A DNA stretch of 64,000 nt from Candidatus Dojkabacteria bacterium (GTDB lineage Bacteria; Patescibacteriota; Dojkabacteria; SC72). The notes under the pieces are model-generated. The model did no database searches, was not told the DNA's origin, and saw only the letters and a list, made by a program, of their open reading frames with translations. Position numbers and translations under genes: made by a program. The stretch spans positions 11,481 through 75,480 of the forward strand of contig JAAZBX010000004.1 of the NCBI GenBank assembly GCA_012513575.1, given 5' to 3'. Below are positions 56,884 to 64,000 of the stretch, one piece after another. Every line of letters begins with the position of its first letter. Within the stretch, counting starts at the first letter, position 1.

Positions 56884-57723
56884 TTATTTCCAACCTTTTG
56901 TATCTATCTTGTTCAATTCAATTCCTTTCTTTACTATAGAAACAAAAAGAATCATTGCCATAAGAAGAATCAATACAATTAAACCAATATCATATTGAGT
57001 AAGATAATGATTAAAGAAGTTAAAGTAAATTACCTTAGAAAAGAACATATATACAGAGAAGAGCACCCCTATTATTCTTATCTCTGTAGGCCCAAACAAA
57101 CCAAATGCATTCCTGTTCTCTCCCTGGACATGAGTAACTAAATCAACATGCGCCATAAGAGCAAGATAAAGGCATGCGAAGAGTAATGCAATTTCAATCT
57201 TAAAAAAGCCTGAGAGTCCAAAGCCCAAAGCCAAAGTAATTACCGCAACAGAATCAACTATCTTGTCTATATAATATCCATACTTAGGTCTACCTTTATT
57301 CCTGTATCTAGCCAAACTCCCATCAAACGAATCTCCAAACCAGTTGATTATTAATCCCAAAGGGACAAGAGTAATGAACCACCTATTTGCAAAACCAACT
57401 ATTATCCCCACGGAAGTCATTAAAATCCCAATATAGCCTAATATTGTCAAATGATCAGAATTAATCCATTGTGGAATTCTAGGGCAAATCCACTTTTTAG
57501 CCTCCTCTTCGATCTTGCCTGTAATTGCGGTATTAATTGCTTTCTGCTCTTTACCTCTTGAATATTTAACTGCCCAATCATCGAGATTAAAACTTTTTAC
57601 ATCTTTACCAAAAGATTCAATTAATTTCCCCAACTCATCAAAAAACTCCTGAACCCTTCCCTCTTGTAAAAGAGAAAAAAGCTCGGAATCTCTAAAATCT
57701 TTTCTTTTATTTTTCATTTGCAA
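56884..57723 (-). CDS. CDP-alcohol phosphatidyltransferase-family membrane enzyme with an N-terminal cytoplasmic domain
   Basis: GDSFDGSLARYRNKGRPKYGYYIDKIVD matches D(x)2DG(x)2AR(x)8G(x)3D(x)3D. 5-6 TM helices. Lies between fusA and tuf. Confidence 0.75.
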   Translation of the reverse strand: MQMKNKRKDFRDSELFSLLQEGRVQEFFDELGKLIESFGKDVKSFNLDDWAVKYSRGKEQKAINTAITGKIEEEAKKWICPRIPQWINSDHLTILGYIGILMTSVGIIVGFANRWFITLVPLGLIINWFGDSFDGSLARYRNKGRPKYGYYIDKIVDSVAVITLALGFGLSGFFKIEIALLFACLYLALMAHVDLVTHVQGENRNAFGLFGPTEIRIIGVLFSVYMFFSKVIYFNFFNHYLTQYDIGLIVLILLMAMILFVSIVKKGIELNKIDTKGWK

Positions 57724-57819
57724 ATTGGTTATTTTAGTAAATGATTATAACAAGAAATAACGATATAAGAAAAAGGGGGTAACAATCTACCCCCTTTTAC
57801 AAAAATCGTAAATAAACTA

Positions 57820-59922
57820 CTAAACTTTTTTACCTGCGATCTCTTCAGCTACATTTCTTGGTACTTCAGCGTAATGAGAAGGTTCCATAGTTGAGCTTCC
57901 TCTACCACTAGTGATAGATCTCAACTCACTTGTATAACCAAACAATTCAGACAAAGGAACCAGAGCTGTGATTCTACTTATACTGTTTCCCAAACTCTCA
58001 GTTCCCTGGATTTGACCTCTCTTACTACTCAAAGAACCTGTTACATCTCCCATATATGCATCAGGCGTATCAACATCCACTTTCATAATAGGCTCTAAAA
58101 GAATTGGGTCTCCCATTCTCATACCTTCTTTGAATGCCATAGATCCCGCAATCTTAAATGCTGCTTCAGATGAGTCAACATCATGGTAAGAGCCATCATA
58201 TACTGTGACTTTGATATCAACGACTGGATAACCAGCTGTAACACCTGCCTTCATTGCCTCTTCAACACCCTTTTGAATTGCAGGAATAAACTCCCTTGGA
58301 ATTGATCCTCCCTTTATTGCGTTAATAAACTCAAAACCTTTGCCTTTTTCATTAGGATCAAGTTTTAGCCAACAATGACCGTACTGACCTTTACCACCAG
58401 ACTGTTTAACATATCTTCCTTCAACCTGTTCTACACTTCGTTTAATAGTTTCCTTATATGCGACCTGAGGCTTCCCTACGCTTGTGGCTACATTAAACTC
58501 CCTCTTCATTCTGTCAACAATGATATCTAAATGAAGCTCACCCATTCCAGAGATAATAGTTTGACCTGTCTCATTGTTTGAACTAACTCTAAATGTAGGA
58601 TCTTCTTTAACAAACCTAGCCAATGCTTCTGACATTTTTTCTTCATCTGATTTTGTTGCTGGTTCTATTGCCTGTGATACAACTGGCTCTGCAAATTGAA
58701 TTTGTTCAAGAATGATTGGATTCTTTTCATCACAAAGAGTATCTCCAGTAATAGAATCTTTCAGACCTACAACAGCACCAATATCCCCTATTCTCAAGGA
58801 TTCAACCTCTTCTCTGTCATCTGCATGCATTAGAATTAGTCTACTTGCTCTTTCTTTAATATTTTTTGTTGAGTTTAAGACATATGACCCCGAATTTATC
58901 TTCCCTGAGTAAATCCTAAAATATGAGAGATTCCCAACATGAGAATCGTTTACAATCTTAAATACTAGAGCTGAGAATGGCTCATTCTCGTCTGGTTTTC
59001 TGTAAATTTCCTCTTTTGTTTTAGGATCGATTCCTTTAACAGGAGGGACATCTAATGGTGAAGGAAGACATATTGTTATGTAATCCAATAGTGTTTTAGA
59101 CATAGCAGTTCTTGAATCACCTCCCAATACTGGAAATATTTTCTCGGCAAGAGTTCCTTTTCTCAAGGCCGAATAGAGCTCGGCTTCGGGAAGATCTTCC
59201 CCAGCAAAATACTTTTCCATTAAGGCATCATCTTGCTCCGCCAAAGCTTCAACCAAAGTATTTCTTAAATTTGCAACTGTATCTTTAATCTCATCTGGGA
59301 TTGGGCATTCTATTAAATCTGGAGTGTCAGTGCCTTCATATTTGTAAGCTTTCATTTTTATCAAATCAACATAGCCATGGAGCTCCTGCTCCTTACCAAT
59401 CGGATATGTTACAGCAACTGCCTTGTTACTTAATCTGTCCTTAATTGTTTGAAAACTATGATCAAAACTCCCTCCAATTAGGTTAATTTTATTCATAAAG
59501 CAAATTCTTGGGACATGATACTTGTTTGCCTGCCTCCATACCGTTTCTGATTGAGGTTCGACTCCTTTTCTTCCGTCAAAAATAACAACAGCTCCATCCA
59601 ATACCCTCAAAGATCTTTCAACTTCAGCTGTAAAATCTACATGCCCTGGGGTATCAATAATGTTGATTCTGTATTTCTCTCCATCGTGAATCCAGAAGCA
59701 AGTTACTGCTGCGGACATAATTGTTATTCCTCTTTCTTGCTCTTGTGCCATGAAATCAGTAGTTGCTTCTCCCTCATGAGTCTCTCCAATTTTATGTACC
59801 TGCCCAGTAAAATAAAGCAACCTTTCTGTTGTAGTAGTCTTTCCAGCATCGATATGGGCAATAATACCGATATTTCTAATTTTATCTAAAGGCATCTTAA
59901 CATTGTATGTATTCTTATCCAT
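57820..59922 (-). CDS. fusA: elongation factor G
   Basis: AHIDAGKTTTTE, DTPGHVDF, five-domain length (700 aa). Confidence 0.95.
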   Translation of the reverse strand: MDKNTYNVKMPLDKIRNIGIIAHIDAGKTTTTERLLYFTGQVHKIGETHEGEATTDFMAQEQERGITIMSAAVTCFWIHDGEKYRINIIDTPGHVDFTAEVERSLRVLDGAVVIFDGRKGVEPQSETVWRQANKYHVPRICFMNKINLIGGSFDHSFQTIKDRLSNKAVAVTYPIGKEQELHGYVDLIKMKAYKYEGTDTPDLIECPIPDEIKDTVANLRNTLVEALAEQDDALMEKYFAGEDLPEAELYSALRKGTLAEKIFPVLGGDSRTAMSKTLLDYITICLPSPLDVPPVKGIDPKTKEEIYRKPDENEPFSALVFKIVNDSHVGNLSYFRIYSGKINSGSYVLNSTKNIKERASRLILMHADDREEVESLRIGDIGAVVGLKDSITGDTLCDEKNPIILEQIQFAEPVVSQAIEPATKSDEEKMSEALARFVKEDPTFRVSSNNETGQTIISGMGELHLDIIVDRMKREFNVATSVGKPQVAYKETIKRSVEQVEGRYVKQSGGKGQYGHCWLKLDPNEKGKGFEFINAIKGGSIPREFIPAIQKGVEEAMKAGVTAGYPVVDIKVTVYDGSYHDVDSSEAAFKIAGSMAFKEGMRMGDPILLEPIMKVDVDTPDAYMGDVTGSLSSKRGQIQGTESLGNSISRITALVPLSELFGYTSELRSITSGRGSSTMEPSHYAEVPRNVAEEIAGKKV

Positions 59923-59990
59923 ATATTTAAAAGATAAATTAACGAGTAATGAAGGGGAATAACTACCTTCGCGATTGCGATTATACTAGA

Positions 59991-61439
59991 CTATTTAAGA
60001 TTAGACAACAGTTTCGAAGCCTCTTGAGATATCACATTCGAAAGATCGTACTCTATCCCCCTCTCAAAAGATGATTTTGCCCCCTCAATATCACTCTCTT
60101 TAACTTTTAGCATCCCTTGGACAAGATAATATTTGGGATTGTACCTATCTTTTGCAAGTAGCTGATCAAGAAGAACGCTTGCACCAGTAGTATCACTATC
60201 CTCCACTGCCAATCTGGCCCTCCAATATAGATACTCCTTTTGTTGATTTTCTGATAATTCCAATTTCCCAAGCTGCTCAATATAGTAGTCCACCTTCGCT
60301 CTTTCACCTAACATATAGTTTACTTTTACTCCCCATAAATAAATGTATGGCTTTTCTTGATTAGTAGTTAATGATTTAATTGTATCTGCAGCTTTAAGGT
60401 TTTGGTTGTTTTCAAGAAGAAGGGAAAGATACTCGTCAACTAAATTCTCAGAGATATCCTTTCCTCCATATTCCACAGCTCTTGAATACATATTTATCGC
60501 ACCTTCTAAATCGTTTTTTAGATAACTTGCCCTAGCTTTCCCCCAAAGAATTTCTGTTTCCATTCCTCCCAAGGACAAAGCTTTGTCAAAATACTCAATA
60601 GCTTTGTCGTATTGCCCAACTCGCTGATATGATATCCCCATAAAATATTCTCCTTCCAAATACTGAGCAATATCCATTTCGACTGTTTTAAGAATATTTA
60701 ATGAAAGGAATGGGTATCCACCATTTAGATATACCCTTGATAGTTTAACTGCATTGTATTTCTTGTCGTCATCCAGAGAATTTAGTAAATTATCAAATTC
60801 ATCATAAAAGGAAGTCCATTTCCCTGAAGGAGCAATACTTCCTATTTGTGTCTTTGCCTTCTCTGTATCAGTTAGTGCATAGAGATAGGATAGCAACAAA
60901 TTGGCTTCCACAGTGATATCTCCTTCATATTTGTTTTTTTCTATTTGCTTTAATCCTTCATCTATCCTGTCGATATTTATTAGTGCTTTTCCCAAAGCGA
61001 ATTCTGCTTCTAGATTCTCTACTCCCAATCCTAAACCTTCTTGATACATTTCTTTTGCTTTCTTGAAATCTGCGAGGTCATAATAATAATCACCAATTAA
61101 ATCATATAGAACCGACCTTTCATTTGAAGATATAGCTCTAGTAGACTCCCTAACAATTGAGAGGGCTTCATCGGCTCGATTCTTTAGCAAAAGGATATCA
61201 ACAATTCCCTTGTAAGCAGTAAATTCCTGAGGTATCAGAGAACTTGCCTCGTAATATTGGTTAATTGCTTCCGAATACTCTCTACCATTAAAATTCAACT
61301 CAGCCTGCTTGATTTTTTCATCATACAAACTTCTTTCACCTTCTGTCACCCTTTTCCCCAGAAAGAAATACAGAGAAACAGCAACTATTAAAAGAATTAA
61401 TACAAACCAAGGTAGAAATTTAAGAATTTTCTCTTTCAT
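59991..61439 (-). CDS. tetratricopeptide-repeat protein with an N-terminal membrane anchor
   Basis: Multiple 34-aa A/Y/L-pattern repeats (…YYDLADFKKAKEMYQEGL…, …YQRVGQYDKAIEYFDKAL…). N-terminal TM helix. Confidence 0.7.
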   Translation of the reverse strand: MKEKILKFLPWFVLILLIVAVSLYFFLGKRVTEGERSLYDEKIKQAELNFNGREYSEAINQYYEASSLIPQEFTAYKGIVDILLLKNRADEALSIVRESTRAISSNERSVLYDLIGDYYYDLADFKKAKEMYQEGLGLGVENLEAEFALGKALINIDRIDEGLKQIEKNKYEGDITVEANLLLSYLYALTDTEKAKTQIGSIAPSGKWTSFYDEFDNLLNSLDDDKKYNAVKLSRVYLNGGYPFLSLNILKTVEMDIAQYLEGEYFMGISYQRVGQYDKAIEYFDKALSLGGMETEILWGKARASYLKNDLEGAINMYSRAVEYGGKDISENLVDEYLSLLLENNQNLKAADTIKSLTTNQEKPYIYLWGVKVNYMLGERAKVDYYIEQLGKLELSENQQKEYLYWRARLAVEDSDTTGASVLLDQLLAKDRYNPKYYLVQGMLKVKESDIEGAKSSFERGIEYDLSNVISQEASKLLSNLK

Positions 61440-61487
61440 ATATTAAAATATAGTTTAGGGGCACACTTATGTCAAATTGCGTGACAT

Positions 61488-62435
61488 ATGATAGAATTGT
61501 TTACCATGTTTGGGAAGAAAATTATTTGGGTAGTATTCACTATATTAGCATTTGCTCTAATTTATAGATTGGATTCGAATTACCCCATTAACAATTACTC
61601 AGAAAGAAGCACATTCCCAATTGAAGAAGTTTTCCGTAATGGAAACAGTAAATTAGATGGCAAGATAAAAATTGTTACTGTAACTCAAGAAGGAAATACT
61701 TCAGTACACCTAACGAAGGGTTCTACACCCGCAGAGGCACTACTTTCTCTAGGTTATCATTTGGGTAATAACATTAGAATTGTTTCAACCTCTCCATCAA
61801 ATATACTTTATAACGATACATATATTCTTCTTCAAACATACAATACAAAACTTGTTGAGAGGGAGATGATAATACCCTTTGGGACAATAACAAAAGGTTC
61901 CTCCCTTTGTCCTAGAGTAAGCCAGACAGTTGTCGAACAAGAGGGAGAAGCTGGTAGAATGATACAAACTGTAGAGCAATTCTATCTTGGAGATAAATTT
62001 ATTTCTGAAGAAATTATTTCACAAAGTGTTGAGAGATCCCCAATTCAAAGGGTCATTGCTATTTCAAATGCAAATGATTCTCCCCAATCAGTAACACAGC
62101 TTGGGCCAAGATGTGATTATTGGGAAGGGATTGTAAATTCTCTAGATGCAACGGAGGAGGAGAAACAGTGGCTTCGTTTTACAATGAGATGGGAATCTGG
62201 ATGTAACGCAGAGAACAACAAGTCATTTTACAAGGGTTTGTTTCAATGGGATCCATGCTTATGGTACAAGATATATCCTAATGACAATATATTTGACGGG
62301 AGAGCACAAATCTCTAAAACTTTACAAAAGATTCGTCAATGTGCCGATCCTGCAAAAATGTGGCCTGGAGTTTACAAAAAATATGTTCAAACATACGGAG
62401 AACTAAGTTCAAGGTACACATGTGGTTACCTATAA
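61488..62435 (+). CDS. membrane-anchored protein with a C-terminal Rpf-like (transglycosylase-like, lysozyme-fold) domain
   Basis: WLRFTMRWESGCNAENNKSFYKGLFQWDPCLW fits the Rpf transglycosylase-like W..IA.CESGGNW.A.N....GL.Q....TW pattern. Cys-rich C-terminus. N-terminal TM. Confidence 0.5.
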   Translation: MIELFTMFGKKIIWVVFTILAFALIYRLDSNYPINNYSERSTFPIEEVFRNGNSKLDGKIKIVTVTQEGNTSVHLTKGSTPAEALLSLGYHLGNNIRIVSTSPSNILYNDTYILLQTYNTKLVEREMIIPFGTITKGSSLCPRVSQTVVEQEGEAGRMIQTVEQFYLGDKFISEEIISQSVERSPIQRVIAISNANDSPQSVTQLGPRCDYWEGIVNSLDATEEEKQWLRFTMRWESGCNAENNKSFYKGLFQWDPCLWYKIYPNDNIFDGRAQISKTLQKIRQCADPAKMWPGVYKKYVQTYGELSSRYTCGYL

Positions 62436-64000
62436 CTGTAATATTCACAAATATCTTGTGGTATCTCCCCCAGAAACCTTGAAGGCAATTGAGAGGAGAA
62501 TCCTTCTCTTGTTAATCTCTGCTCGGCAAAAGTTATGAAAAGTTTTCTTTTAGCTCTTGTAATACCAACATAGCATAATCTTCTTTCTTCTTCGAGCTCC
62601 TCTTCCTCCAAAAACGATCTGGAGTGAGGAAGTAAACCTTCTTCTGCGCCAATGATAAAAACAAAATCAAACTCTAACCCCTTTGATGAATGTAAAGTCA
62701 TTAAATTAAGGTAATTTCCTGTTCCATCCTGATTCTTTGTCTGCTCTTGTTCAATAATATTGATTTCATTTAGAAATACCTCCATACTCGAAATCCCATG
62801 TTTTTTAGAATACGATGAAGCAACATTTTTTAATTCAGTAATATTGTCTTTTTTCATAATTGACTCTTCAGAGCCATCATCAAACCATTCAATATATCTT
62901 ACTCTCTCAAGTAAATAATCGATTGTTTTTATAAGTTCTTTCCCTTTTGAGTAGAAATATAGATTGCCAAAAAGTGAAATAACAGACAAATATTTTTTCC
63001 ATTTATCTTTAGAAGCAGACAGAGAATCTATTAAATCCTTGCTGAATCCTGACTCTTTCAAATTCTCCCTATTCTCACAAACATATGCTGCTATCAAGAA
63101 TTCACCGATCGTAAGAGCACTTTCCTTCGCAAAAGAGTGCAACTCTGCCTTCGCTTTCGGACCCATTTTTCTTGGAGGGATATTTAATATCCTATCTAAC
63201 GAGAGTTCGTCCTTAGGGTTAAAACAAAATCTCAGAAAGCTTATAATGTCCTTGATCTCTTTCCTCTCATAGAATCTAAAACCTCCTACCAACTTATACG
63301 GGATCCCAGACTTAAGAAAAGCTTCTTCAATTGCTCTTGATTGATAATTAGTTCTGTAGAGAATTGCCATATCTCGTAGTTGAACCCCCTTCTGCTGAAG
63401 CAACCTGATGTTACTGAGCACATATTCAGCTTCATCTTCCTGATCTAATGCCTGATATATTGATATCTTTTCCCCCTCATTGTTGTCAGTCCACAAGACC
63501 TTATCTACCCTACTATTGTTCTGCTGAATTACATTTACGGCTGCTTTAATTACATTTTTTGTAGATCGATAATTTTGCTCTAATTTTACCACCGTTACAT
63601 TCTCAAAATCATTTTCAAATGATTGAATATTTTTAATATTTGCACCCCTCCAAGCGTATATCCCTTGATCATCGTCCCCAACGACACAAATATTATGGTG
63701 CTTTTCAGCAAGAAGTTTGGCAAATCTGTACTGAACTGTATTGGTATCCTGATATTCATCTATTAACAAATATTTAAATCTCTCCTGATATCTACTCCTT
63801 ACATTTTGATTTTCTTCAAGCAATTTTACAGTTAGAAAAAGAAGATCTCCGAAATCCACTGCATTTTGAGCCTGCAATTGCTTTTGATAAACAGGATAGA
63901 TATCAGCAACAACGTCTTCAATAAAACCACCATAATGAAAAGGAAATTGCTCAGGAGCAATCATGTCATTTTTTGCAGAACTAATGAAGTACGAGATAGC
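62426..64000 (-). CDS. UvrD/PcrA/Rep-family (SF1) DNA helicase. Partial: the N-terminal part continues beyond the window end.
   Basis: Helicase motif II LIDEYQDTN, motif III/IV region, motif VI-like TLHSSKGLEFDFVFIIG, ...YVGITRAK. No stop is encountered upstream of the first ATG through position 64000 in frame. Confidence 0.85.
   Translation of the reverse strand, partial: AISYFISSAKNDMIAPEQFPFHYGGFIEDVVADIYPVYQKQLQAQNAVDFGDLLFLTVKLLEENQNVRSRYQERFKYLLIDEYQDTNTVQYRFAKLLAEKHHNICVVGDDDQGIYAWRGANIKNIQSFENDFENVTVVKLEQNYRSTKNVIKAAVNVIQQNNSRVDKVLWTDNNEGEKISIYQALDQEDEAEYVLSNIRLLQQKGVQLRDMAILYRTNYQSRAIEEAFLKSGIPYKLVGGFRFYERKEIKDIISFLRFCFNPKDELSLDRILNIPPRKMGPKAKAELHSFAKESALTIGEFLIAAYVCENRENLKESGFSKDLIDSLSASKDKWKKYLSVISLFGNLYFYSKGKELIKTIDYLLERVRYIEWFDDGSEESIMKKDNITELKNVASSYSKKHGISSMEVFLNEINIIEQEQTKNQDGTGNYLNLMTLHSSKGLEFDFVFIIGAEEGLLPHSRSFLEEEELEEERRLCYVGITRAKRKLFITFAEQRLTREGFSSQLPSRFLGEIPQDICEYYSYR

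Noticed and set aside
1-64000. CRISPR arrays, transposases, integrases and prophage genes
   Set aside because: No regularly spaced direct repeats and no recombinase-like ORFs were found on either strand. The tRNA-adjacent regions lack duplicated tRNA 3' ends.
1-64000. Alternative genetic code (UGA recoding, as in SR1/Gracilibacteria)
   Set aside because: Long conserved proteins (fusA, tuf, rpoA, secY, the aminoacyl-tRNA synthetases) are intact under code 11 with no in-frame UGA required, so this is standard code.

Overview
This 64 kb window is from a low-GC, very gene-dense bacterial genome that uses the standard genetic code. Positions ~40.5-59.9 kb on the minus strand carry an almost complete S10-spc-alpha ribosomal protein supercluster in this order: fusA, an inserted CDP-alcohol phosphatidyltransferase, tuf, S10, L3, L4, L23, L2, S19, L22, S3, L16, S17, L14, L24, L5, S14(Z), S8, L6, L18, S5, L15, secY, adk, infA, L36, S13, S11, S4, rpoA, L17, L13, S9. 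L29, L30 and map are missing from their usual slots, and several r-proteins carry terminal extensions. Together with an archaeal/eukaryal-type alpha2 glycyl-tRNA synthetase and an archaeal-type UMP kinase, this gene content suggests a Candidate Phyla Radiation (Patescibacteria)-like organism; that placement is an inference. Upstream of S9 there is an unannotated, compact type-A RNase P RNA (rnpB). The rest of the window carries tRNA and RNA-processing genes (miaA, trmD, tgt, queA, fmt, serS, lysS, glyQS, rny, a ThpR-like 2H phosphoesterase, an NrnA-like DHH phosphoesterase), two GreA paralogs, HU, and cell-envelope functions. The envelope genes are an MBOAT plus SGNH O-acyltransferase pair, an L,D-transpeptidase, SLT-like and Rpf-like transglycosylases, a CAP-domain protein and a DsbA-like protein. 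There is also an orphan sensor histidine kinase sitting between a secreted cytochrome-b5-like protein and a ferredoxin, an ABC exporter, two ABC-2 permeases with no ATPase, an Hsp20 gene with a CIRCE-like operator, a pyrimidine-dimer glycosylase, tRNA-Pro(GGG) and tRNA-Glu(CTC). I found no CRISPR array, transposase or integrase. Every call rests on reading the supplied translations and raw sequence for motifs. I ran no database search or RNA fold.
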